A DNA stretch of 64,000 bases from assembly GCA_963806495.1 (NCBI GenBank), contig CAWDYA010000010.1, positions 130,971-194,970 of the forward strand. The letters are read 5' to 3'. Source of the DNA: an uncultured Acidobacteriota bacterium (GTDB lineage Bacteria > Acidobacteriota > Polarisedimenticolia > JACPZX01 > DASXTC01). The notes beneath the pieces were generated by a model. That model had not been told where the DNA came from, ran no database searches, and saw nothing but the letters and a program-made list of their open reading frames with translations. The position numbers were made by a program, and so were the translations under genes. Below, in pieces: positions 37,927 to 46,083 of the stretch; the stretch's first letter is position 1, and each line of letters starts with the position of its first letter.

Positions 37927-40596
37927 ATGAGAGCCCCCGCAGCCATTCTGTCGTGCGCGCTCGCCCTGGTCATCCCGGTCGCCTTCGCGGGCTCCGGGAC
38001 ACCCTTCTTTCCCCCGGATGCGGATCACGACCCGGCCGTTCCCACGTTCGAGAGGATCCTCGGTTACGCCGTCGGAGAGAAGATGACCGACGAGCGTGGT
38101 CTGGCCGTCTATCTGCAGCATCTGTCGCAGGGAAACGGCCGGATGCTGCAGAGAACATACGGCCGCAGCGCCTCGGGACGCGTCCTCCGGTACCTCGTCA
38201 TCTCGGATCCCGACAACATGGCGCGCCTCGAGTCGATCCGTGAGGATTCGCGCCGCCTCGCCGACCCGGGCAGCCTGACCGACCAGGAGGCCGCGACGAT
38301 CGCCGACGCCGACCCCGCCATCGTGTGGCTGGCCTACGGGGTGCATGGTGACGAGCACTCTTCGACCGAGGCTGCGCTGGCCCTGGCGTACCACCTGTCG
38401 GCCGCGCGCGATCCGGCCACGCTGCGGATGCTCGAGAACGTCGTGGTGATCATCGACCCGGTGCAGAATCCGGACGGCCGCGAGCGGTTCCTCGATTACG
38501 AGGAGGACGTCGCCGGACCGGAGCCACGGACCGATCCGTACGCCGTGGATCACGACGAGCCGTGGCCGTCGGGGCGGTACAACCACTCCCTTTTCGACCT
38601 GAACCGCGACTGGTTCTCGATGACCCAGCCCGAAACGCGCGGCAAGGTCGCTGCGTTTCTCGAGTGGATGCCGCAGGTCTACGTGGACCTGCACGAGATG
38701 GAGTCCGACTCCACCTACTACTTCGCGCCCCCGTCCGAGCCGATCAACGAGAACATCCCGGAGTCGATCCGCCGCTGGTGGAAGGTATTCGGCGCGGGCA
38801 ACGCGGCCGCCTTCGATCGCGAAGGGTTCGACTACTACACGGCGGAGCGGTTCGACGGCTACTACCCCGGCTACGGCGACTCGTGGCCCACCCTGCACGG
38901 CGCGATAGGCATGACCTACGAGCAGGCCTCGGCGCGCGGGCTGGCCGTGGAGCAGAGAACCGGCGCGATCCTCACACTGAGGGAGGCCGCAAGGCACCAC
39001 TTCGTGGCGTCGATGGCCACCATCGCCACCGCTTCGGCCCACCGGCGCGAGCTGCTCGAGGACGCACGCCGCTACCATCAGGGGGCGATCGAGACGGGAG
39101 AACGCGGCCCGCTGCGCGCCTGCCTCGTCCCGCCGGCGCCCGCCGCCACCGCCCGCAGACTGGCCTCGCTGCTGGCGCGTCAGGGTATCGACGTCTACCG
39201 CGCCGATGCCGGCTTCACCGCCGACGTGAAGAACCGCGACGGCGCCACCGAGCGCGGACGGCGCTTCCCCGCCGGCACGTTCGTGGTGCCGATGGCGCAG
39301 CCGGCCGGACGCCTGGCCCGGTCGCTTCTCGAGGTCGACCCGTCGTTCGGCGAAGGGTTCCGGGCGGCCGAGTCGGAGCGGCGCCGGATGCACGAGGAGT
39401 CGGCTATCTACGACGTGACGTCCTGGAGCCTGCCGATCCTCACCGGCGCCGACGCGTTCTGGTCAGCCCAGGTGCCGCGTGCGGGCATGACACGCGTCAC
39501 GGCGGACGAAGCGTCCCCCGAGGGGGAGGTCGTGCCGCTGCCGGTCGCCGCCGGCGCGGCGGCGACGCCCTACGCCTGGCTGCTCAAGTACGACAGCAAT
39601 GCCGCAGCCATGGCGACGGTCAGCCTCCTGCGGGCGGGTTTCCCGCTACGCGCCGCTGGCCGCGCGTTCCGCGTGGGCGAGCAGACCTTCCCGGCCGGAT
39701 CGCTGGTGCTGCGGGCCGGGGGCGGCGAGGAGCCAACTCGCATCGTCCAGGAGGTGGCGAGGCAGTTCGGCGTCGACTTCTACACGGCGTTCACCGGCCT
39801 GACCGATGAGGGGATCGACCTGGGCAGCGGCCATGTCGTCCCGCTCAAGCTTCCGCGCGTCGCGGTCGCGTACGGGCCGCCCGTCTCCCCCACCTCTCTC
39901 GGGGCGATCATGGATCTGTTCGACGCCGTTTACGGGCTTCCGTGGAGCCCGGTCCGGACCACCGCCTTCGCCCGCGCGGATCTGTCGCGCTACGATGTCA
40001 TCATCCTGCCCGACGCACGTGAATCGCCGGGCTACGGGGAGTTGCTCGGAGCTGCGGGACTCGCCCACCTCAAGACGTGGATCGACGCCGGCGGGACCCT
40101 CATCACCCTCAAGCGCGCCACGGCGTTCGCCGCCTCGGAGGAGGCGGGGCTGTCGTCGCTGCGGCGCGTCATGAAGCCATCCCCGGAGTCGGCGAGCCCG
40201 GATCCCAAGGCCTCCGAATCCGTGAAGCAGGAGCCGCCCGATCGCATCCGGGGCGCCAGCCTGCGCGTGATGTTCGAACCCCATTCCCCGCTCACCCTCG
40301 GCTACGGTGCGGAAGGAGCGGTCCTGGTCGACTCCAACCTGGTATTTGCCCCGGCGGGGAAGGCCCGCTCCGTGGTCACCTTCGCCCCGGAGGAACGACT
40401 GAGGATCTCCGGCTTCGCCTGGGACGAGTCCCTGGGGCTGCTGGCGGGCTCACCCTACCTCGCAATGGAGCCACGGGGCCGCGGATGTGTCATACTTTTC
40501 TCCGACGACCCGAACTTCCGCGGGTACTGGGAATCCCTGAACCGACTGTTTCTCGACAGCGTCATCTTCGCGCCGTCGTTCGCGGCAGCCGACTGA
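37927..40596 (+). CDS. secreted M14-family zinc carboxypeptidase-like protein with ~550-aa C-terminal extension
   Basis: Signal peptide (MRAPAAILSCALALVIPVAFA) and M14 zinc-ligand motif 'YGVHGDEHSS' (HxxE) in the N-terminal 300 aa; the rest is of unknown fold. Start at ATG 37927, downstream of the HU terminator; the ORF-track start 37759 overlaps HU. Confidence 0.7.
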   Translation: MRAPAAILSCALALVIPVAFAGSGTPFFPPDADHDPAVPTFERILGYAVGEKMTDERGLAVYLQHLSQGNGRMLQRTYGRSASGRVLRYLVISDPDNMARLESIREDSRRLADPGSLTDQEAATIADADPAIVWLAYGVHGDEHSSTEAALALAYHLSAARDPATLRMLENVVVIIDPVQNPDGRERFLDYEEDVAGPEPRTDPYAVDHDEPWPSGRYNHSLFDLNRDWFSMTQPETRGKVAAFLEWMPQVYVDLHEMESDSTYYFAPPSEPINENIPESIRRWWKVFGAGNAAAFDREGFDYYTAERFDGYYPGYGDSWPTLHGAIGMTYEQASARGLAVEQRTGAILTLREAARHHFVASMATIATASAHRRELLEDARRYHQGAIETGERGPLRACLVPPAPAATARRLASLLARQGIDVYRADAGFTADVKNRDGATERGRRFPAGTFVVPMAQPAGRLARSLLEVDPSFGEGFRAAESERRRMHEESAIYDVTSWSLPILTGADAFWSAQVPRAGMTRVTADEASPEGEVVPLPVAAGAAATPYAWLLKYDSNAAAMATVSLLRAGFPLRAAGRAFRVGEQTFPAGSLVLRAGGGEEPTRIVQEVARQFGVDFYTAFTGLTDEGIDLGSGHVVPLKLPRVAVAYGPPVSPTSLGAIMDLFDAVYGLPWSPVRTTAFARADLSRYDVIILPDARESPGYGELLGAAGLAHLKTWIDAGGTLITLKRATAFAASEEAGLSSLRRVMKPSPESASPDPKASESVKQEPPDRIRGASLRVMFEPHSPLTLGYGAEGAVLVDSNLVFAPAGKARSVVTFAPEERLRISGFAWDESLGLLAGSPYLAMEPRGRGCVILFSDDPNFRGYWESLNRLFLDSVIFAPSFAAAD

Positions 40597-40622
40597 ACCG
40601 AGGCGGCGCCGGCACAAGGACC

Positions 40623-40934
40623 ATGGGCGAGCGCAGCAGGCCCCGGCCGTTGCCCGAAGGCGAGATTCGCGGGAAGCTCGAGGCGCTTCCCTTCTGGAAG
40701 CGTGAAGGGCGCTGCCTCGCGAGGGACATCGCGTTTCCGGGCTTCACCGACGCGGTTCGATTCATCGGGGTCATCGCGGATCACGCCGAACGGATTGACC
40801 ACCATCCCGACATTCTCCTCTCCTACCGCCGGATGACGCTCCGCCTCACCTCCCACGACGCGGGCGGCATCACCGAACGGGACTTCAGGCTGGCAGGGCT
40901 CATCGAAGAATCTCTCCAACGGGGACAATCGTGA
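40623..40934 (+). CDS. pterin-4a-carbinolamine dehydratase (PCD/DCoH)
   Basis: 'ERIDHHPDILLSYRRMTL' matches the PCD active-site signature; ~103 aa. Confidence 0.75.
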   Translation: MGERSRPRPLPEGEIRGKLEALPFWKREGRCLARDIAFPGFTDAVRFIGVIADHAERIDHHPDILLSYRRMTLRLTSHDAGGITERDFRLAGLIEESLQRGQS

Positions 40935-42424
40935 GAACGCCCTCTCGCAGGGCATGGCTCTATCTTCTCGGCGCTCTCGTGCTCGCGGCGGGCGGCTACC
41001 AGATGCTCCGGCCCGTGGATGCCGGGGCCGACACCTGGATCACGGCGGCTGTGGAGCGGGACGACATCCGCACGACGATCGCGGCCACCGGCACGCTCCA
41101 GGCGGTGCTCACGGTTCAGGTCGGCAGCCAGGTGACTGGACGGATCCAGTCCCTGCACGCCGATTTCAACTCGATCGTGAAGCAGGGGCAGGTGATCGCA
41201 CGGATCGACCCGGCGACGTACGAAGCGGCCCTTGTGCGGGCAAAGGCCGACCTCGAGGACGCCGCGGCCGGGGTGGCCACGGCGCAGGCCGCCCTCGCCA
41301 ACCAGGAGGCCAACCGGGAGGCCGCGCGGGCGGTCGAGCAGGATGCGCAGCGCGTCAACGATCGCAACGTAGAACTGGCCAGACAGGAGGTGGTCTCGCA
41401 GCGCGATCTGGAGGCCGGGACGGCGGCGCTCGACGAGGCGAAGGCCCGGCTCGACCAGGCCGGCGCCCAGGTGTCCTCGGCGCGGGCCGCCGTCGACCAG
41501 GCCCGCGCGCAGGTCAAACAGGCGCAGGCGACGGTGCGGCTCGCCGAGGTGAACCTCGGCTACACGGTGATCAGGTCGCCGGTCGACGGCGTGGTCGTGT
41601 CCCGCAACGTGGACGTCGGGCAGACCGTGTCCGCCAGCCTTCAGGCGCCGACCCTGTTCGTGATCGCCAACGACCTCACGCGGATGCAGGTTGTCGCCAA
41701 CGTGGACGAGGCGGACATCGGCGCCGTGGGGCCCGACTCGACGGTGACATTCACCGTGGACGCCTTTCCGGGCGACAACTTCCACGGAACTATCGATCAG
41801 ATCCGGCTCAACCCGATCGTCACCCAGAACGTGGTCACCTACAGTGTCATCGTCAACGTGCCGAATCCCGACCTGAAGCTGCGGCCCGGGATGACGGCCA
41901 ACACGATCTTCACAGTGGCCGAGGCCGAGGACGCGCTGCGGCTTCCAAACGCCGCGCTGCGTTTCTGGCCCACCTCGGTGCCGAGAGAGCGCGAGCGCGA
42001 GATGATCGCCGATGCCCGCCGCAAGAACACAGGCACTCGGGAGCCGGCCGTCGACCGCGGTCAGGGCGGGTCCGGGCCCCCCTCCCCCGCGCCGTCCAAC
42101 GGCGTCCCGCACGAGGCGGAGCCGACGTCGCCGATCGAGAGCGTAGAGGGGGTTCTGCGCTTCGCCCGCTCCGGACGCACCCGCTGGCATCAGCGCGTCA
42201 TCTGGGTCGAGGGAGATGACGGTGAGCCGGAGCCGCGGGTGGTGCACATCGGGATCACCGACGGCACCGCATCCCAGATTCGTGACGGCGATCTCGAGGA
42301 AGGCACGTCCGTGATCGTGGGGGCGACCAACTTCAGCGCCGCCACCAGCCGTCCCAACAATCCGTTCGGCGGGCCGTTCGGCGGGCGCCGAGGCGGGAGC
42401 AAGAGCAGCGGCGGAAGGCGGTAA
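40931..42424 (+). CDS. HlyD/MacA-family periplasmic adaptor (second copy)
   Basis: TM anchor, long coiled-coil (QAALANQEANREAARAVEQDAQRV...), beta-barrel 'IRSPVDGVVVSRNVDVGQTV', Gly-rich C-tail. 4-bp overlap with PCD. Confidence 0.8.
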   Translation: MRTPSRRAWLYLLGALVLAAGGYQMLRPVDAGADTWITAAVERDDIRTTIAATGTLQAVLTVQVGSQVTGRIQSLHADFNSIVKQGQVIARIDPATYEAALVRAKADLEDAAAGVATAQAALANQEANREAARAVEQDAQRVNDRNVELARQEVVSQRDLEAGTAALDEAKARLDQAGAQVSSARAAVDQARAQVKQAQATVRLAEVNLGYTVIRSPVDGVVVSRNVDVGQTVSASLQAPTLFVIANDLTRMQVVANVDEADIGAVGPDSTVTFTVDAFPGDNFHGTIDQIRLNPIVTQNVVTYSVIVNVPNPDLKLRPGMTANTIFTVAEAEDALRLPNAALRFWPTSVPREREREMIADARRKNTGTREPAVDRGQGGSGPPSPAPSNGVPHEAEPTSPIESVEGVLRFARSGRTRWHQRVIWVEGDDGEPEPRVVHIGITDGTASQIRDGDLEEGTSVIVGATNFSAATSRPNNPFGGPFGGRRGGSKSSGGRR

Positions 42425-42426
42425 GT

Positions 42427-43644
42427 GTGATGAACTTCGCGGCGACGATCAGCATCGCCCTCAGCGCTCTCGGGCGCAACCGCGTCCGGTCGGTCCTCAC
42501 CATGCTCGGGGTGATCATCGGCGTCGCATCGGTCATCGCGATGGTGAGCCTGGGGATGGGGGCCCAGGCGCAGATTCAGGCCGAGATCGCGAGCATGGGG
42601 TCCAACATCCTGTATGTCCGCCCCGGCAGCATCCGAACCGGGGGCTTTCGCGGCGGCGGCACCACCACCAGCCTGACCGCGGAAGACGTCGAGGCCATCG
42701 TCTCCGAGTGCTCGGCCGTGAAGAGCGCCACTCCGTCGGTCAGCACCGGCGTCTCGCTCGTATTCGGCAACCTGAATTGGAACACGCGCGCCGAGGGAGC
42801 CAACGAGGACTTCACGCTGATACGCAACTGGCCGCTCTCCTCGGGGGCCTTCTTCACGCAGGCCGACGTCCGCACCGCGGCGCGCGTGGCCGTGCTCGGG
42901 CAGACCGTGGTGGACCAGCTCTTCGCCGGCGTGGATCCGATCGGGCAGACGATACGCGTCGGCAACCTGCCTTTCACCGTGGTCGGCGTCCTGGCGCCGA
43001 AGGGTCAGAACCAGTGGGGCCGGGACCAGGACGACACGATCATCCTCCCCTACACCACCGTTCAGCGGAAGCTGCTCGCCATCAATTATCTGCAGGGCGC
43101 GATGATCTCCGCGGTCTCGCCCGAGGCCACCTTCGTCGCCGAGCAGCAGGTCACTGACCTGCTGCGCCAGCGCCACAAGATCGGCCCCGGGCGTGACGAC
43201 GACTTCTTCATCCGCAACCTCACCGACATCGCAGAGACCGCCGAGCAGACCCAGAGGACGACGAGCATGCTGCTCGGCAGCATCGCCGCGGTCTCGCTCG
43301 TGGTGGGCGGGATCGGGATCATGAACATCATGCTGGTGAGCGTCACGGAGCGCACGCGCGAGATCGGACTCAGGATGGCGGTTGGGGCGCGCGCGGCTCA
43401 GGTCAAGATGCAGTTCCTGGTCGAGGCCGTGACCCTGAGCACCGCCGGCGGGCTGATCGGTATCGTCGCCGGGGTTGGTGTCTCGTATCTGCTTGTCTGG
43501 CAGCTCAACTGGCCGATGCGCGTCTCCCCGTCGGCGGTGGGCGCATCGGTGGTGTTCGCCGGGGCCGTCGGGATGATCTTCGGTTACTATCCTGCCTACA
43601 AAGCCTCGTCGCTGGATCCGATCGAGGCGCTCCGCTATGAATGA
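42427..43644 (+). CDS. ABC transporter permease, FtsX/MacB-like (no adjacent ATPase gene)
   Basis: 405 aa with MacB periplasmic core plus FtsX TM bundle ('GGIGIMNIMLVSVTERTREIGLRMAVGA'). Confidence 0.8.
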   Translation: MMNFAATISIALSALGRNRVRSVLTMLGVIIGVASVIAMVSLGMGAQAQIQAEIASMGSNILYVRPGSIRTGGFRGGGTTTSLTAEDVEAIVSECSAVKSATPSVSTGVSLVFGNLNWNTRAEGANEDFTLIRNWPLSSGAFFTQADVRTAARVAVLGQTVVDQLFAGVDPIGQTIRVGNLPFTVVGVLAPKGQNQWGRDQDDTIILPYTTVQRKLLAINYLQGAMISAVSPEATFVAEQQVTDLLRQRHKIGPGRDDDFFIRNLTDIAETAEQTQRTTSMLLGSIAAVSLVVGGIGIMNIMLVSVTERTREIGLRMAVGARAAQVKMQFLVEAVTLSTAGGLIGIVAGVGVSYLLVWQLNWPMRVSPSAVGASVVFAGAVGMIFGYYPAYKASSLDPIEALRYE

Positions 43645-43678
43645 CTTGCAGGCGGGATCCCCTGCAGGGAGGGCCACC

Positions 43679-44650
43679 ATGGATATTCTCTACCTGGCAC
43701 GCGAGGACGTCGAAGCTGTCGCACCCTCCATGGAAGAGATCATCGGGCTGCTCGAGACGGCGTTCCGGGAGAAGGGGCTGGGACGGACGCAGATGCCGCC
43801 CAAGATGGACCTTCACCCCCGGGAGAACTGCTTCATCCATTCCATGCCCGCTTTCGTGCCGGCGCTGGACGCCGCGGGGATGAAGTGGATCAGCGGGTAC
43901 CCGACGAACAGGGATCACGGGCTGCCCTACATCAATGGCCTGCTGATCCTGAACGACCCGGCCACCGGCGTCCCAACGGCCGTGATGGATGCCACGTGGA
44001 TCACCGCCGAGCGCACGGGAGCCGCCACGGCGCTCGCGGCCCGCTACCTATCGAGGGAGAGCTCCAAGGTGCTCGCGATCCTCGGTTGCGGGGTGCAGGG
44101 ACGGTCGAACCTCAGGGCGCTGCGTTGCGTCCGCCCCGGGCTGCGAAAGGTGCGCGCGTATGACATCGACCCGGAGCGCGCCTCGCGGTACATCGCCGAG
44201 ATGTCCCGGAGCGACCCGACACTGGAGTTCACGGCCGCGCCGTCGCCTCGCGCCGCCGTCACCGACGCCGACATCATCGTGACCGCCGGGCCAATCCTCG
44301 CCCAGCCCAAGCCGGTGCTCGAGGCGGCCTGGGTGAAGCCGGGCGCCTTTCTCTGCCCCCTCGACTACGGCTCCTACGTCAAACCCGAGATGTTCCGCAA
44401 GGCCAACAAGTTCCTCACCGACGACGCGACGCAAATCCTCGACCCGCGATCCGCCTGCTACTTCCCGGAGATGCCGCCGCTGTTCGGCGACCTCGGGGAG
44501 GTGGTCGCGGGCGCCAAGCCCGGCCGCGAGAACGAGGACGAGAGGATCGTGTGCGCCAATCTCGGGCTCGCCATCGACGACGTGGCGGTGGGCGCCGAGA
44601 TACTCAGACGGGCGCGGAAGATGGGCCGCGGCGTGAGCCTGCCGCTGTGA
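43679..44650 (+). CDS. ornithine cyclodeaminase / mu-crystallin family NAD-dependent enzyme
   Basis: 'VLAILGCGVQGRSNLRAL' Rossmann motif and overall OCD/mu-crystallin architecture. Start at MDILYL (an alternative start at 43637 overlaps the permease stop). Confidence 0.75.
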   Translation: MDILYLAREDVEAVAPSMEEIIGLLETAFREKGLGRTQMPPKMDLHPRENCFIHSMPAFVPALDAAGMKWISGYPTNRDHGLPYINGLLILNDPATGVPTAVMDATWITAERTGAATALAARYLSRESSKVLAILGCGVQGRSNLRALRCVRPGLRKVRAYDIDPERASRYIAEMSRSDPTLEFTAAPSPRAAVTDADIIVTAGPILAQPKPVLEAAWVKPGAFLCPLDYGSYVKPEMFRKANKFLTDDATQILDPRSACYFPEMPPLFGDLGEVVAGAKPGRENEDERIVCANLGLAIDDVAVGAEILRRARKMGRGVSLPL

Positions 44651-45297
44651 TGGGGCGTCTCGTGGCGCGGCAACTCGCCGCCGCCGCCGTGGTGGCCGCC
44701 TCCTTGTCCCTGCCGGGCGCCCCGCACGCCACGGTCGAGATCCCATCCGAGACGGCGCACTCTGTCCACGACTACGCGGGTGTCGTTCTCAACGAGGATA
44801 CCCGTGACATCGAGACGATCGCCGGCGAGATGAAGGACAAGTGCCGCGTCTCCCTCTCGGTGGTCACGCTCAAGTCGCTCGAGGGCGAGCCGATCGACAC
44901 CCTCGCCCGCCGCTGGTTCGATGCCTGGGGCCTGGGCGCCGGTGGGCGGAACGGGATCCTGCTGCTCATCTCGGTGGGTGACGGCTCGTGGCGCGTGGAG
45001 GCGGGCTCGCAGGAGCCGTTCCGGCTCGACCCGGACGCCATCGCCTGGTTCGAACGCGGGGACTTCTCGGTGGGGACCCGCCGGGCGGTCGAGGGGTTGG
45101 CCCGTCTTTCGGCCCGCAAGGCAGGCGTCACCATCGGGCTGCCGGACTCCGCCCTGCCCCGCTCCATCCTGGCCGGCGGCGGGAAGCTGGTGGTCCTGGT
45201 GGGTCTGATCCTCCTCGTGGCCGGCGGAGGCCCGGCCCTCGTCTGGTTTCTGCTGCTGCGCAGCCGGGAGACAGAGGGGGAAACCGGCCGATCTTGA
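44650..45297 (+). CDS. TPM-domain (TLP18.3/Psb32/MOLO-1-like) membrane-anchored protein
   Basis: Signal peptide, 'VHDYAGVVLNEDTRDIE' (TPM hallmark), C-terminal TM 'LVVLVGLILLVAGGG'. Start codon overlaps the preceding stop (TGATG). Confidence 0.6.
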   Translation: MGRLVARQLAAAAVVAASLSLPGAPHATVEIPSETAHSVHDYAGVVLNEDTRDIETIAGEMKDKCRVSLSVVTLKSLEGEPIDTLARRWFDAWGLGAGGRNGILLLISVGDGSWRVEAGSQEPFRLDPDAIAWFERGDFSVGTRRAVEGLARLSARKAGVTIGLPDSALPRSILAGGGKLVVLVGLILLVAGGGPALVWFLLLRSRETEGETGRS

Positions 45298-45442
45298 CCC
45301 ATCCAACCCCATCAACTAGAATGAGTTAGTCCTCACAAGCCGAACTGCTGCCATCGCCCGGGCTCCACGCTGCGTTGCCCTTTACCGGAGCGGACCGGGG
45401 GCGCGGACGCCTCCCCCGGGTACTCTCCCACAGGAGGCTCCC

Positions 45443-45847
45443 GTGACAGCCACCGCGATTCTCGCAACCGGAACCGCAGGTATCTTCCTGCTGCTTCTCG
45501 TGGTGACCTGGTACCTCGTCCCCCTGCTCCAGCAGGCGCGACGGACCGCCAGCGCGATGGAAGAGCTGCTCACCACCACCCGGCCCAAGCTCGATGACGC
45601 GCTCGATCAGCTCCGATCGGTGCTCGCCCGCGCCGACGGCGTGATGGCGGCTGTGGAGCACGTGCCCGGCACGAGAGAAGACCTCGTCGGGGTGCTGTCG
45701 AAGGTCGCTGGCAGCTGGCAGGCCACCGCGCGCGCGGTGTCGACGATCACCGCGTTCTACACTGGTTTTTCCAGTCTCTGGAAGATTTTCACCCGTTCCA
45801 GGGCCCCCGAGGGGGCCAAACCCTCAACAGAAGAAGGAGGATCCTGA
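45443..45847 (+). CDS. DUF948-like membrane protein
   Basis: N-terminal TM (ILATGTAGIFLLLLVVTWYLV) followed by a helical domain; immediately upstream of a YtxH-like gene, a recurrent pairing. Confidence 0.45.
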   Translation: MTATAILATGTAGIFLLLLVVTWYLVPLLQQARRTASAMEELLTTTRPKLDDALDQLRSVLARADGVMAAVEHVPGTREDLVGVLSKVAGSWQATARAVSTITAFYTGFSSLWKIFTRSRAPEGAKPSTEEGGS

Positions 45848-46068
45848 TGAGCGATATCCGGACCGATGGGACGTCCCTTTTCGCATTCCTCGCCGGCGCC
45901 GTGATCGGTGTGGGCGTGGGCCTGCTCGTTGCGCCGAAGACCGGCTCCGAGACCAGGAAGCAGATCACCGATCTGGCGCACAAGGCTCAGGAGAAGGCCG
46001 GCGACATCAAGAACCGGCTGTCCCGCACCGCCTCGGACGTGGCCGAGGACGTCCGCAAGGGAGCCTGA
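45847..46068 (+). CDS. YtxH-like small membrane protein
   Basis: 73 aa, TM 'LFAFLAGAVIGVGVGLLVAP' then 'KTGSETRKQITDLAHKAQEKAGD' amphipathic tail. ATGA overlap with the previous gene. Confidence 0.45.
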   Translation: MSDIRTDGTSLFAFLAGAVIGVGVGLLVAPKTGSETRKQITDLAHKAQEKAGDIKNRLSRTASDVAEDVRKGA

Positions 46069-46083
46069 CCCCGGGCGAGGCCC

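Noticed and set aside
42190-43680. 496-aa minus-strand ORF
   Set aside because: Antisense to the FtsX permease gene; Asp/Arg/Gly-rich.
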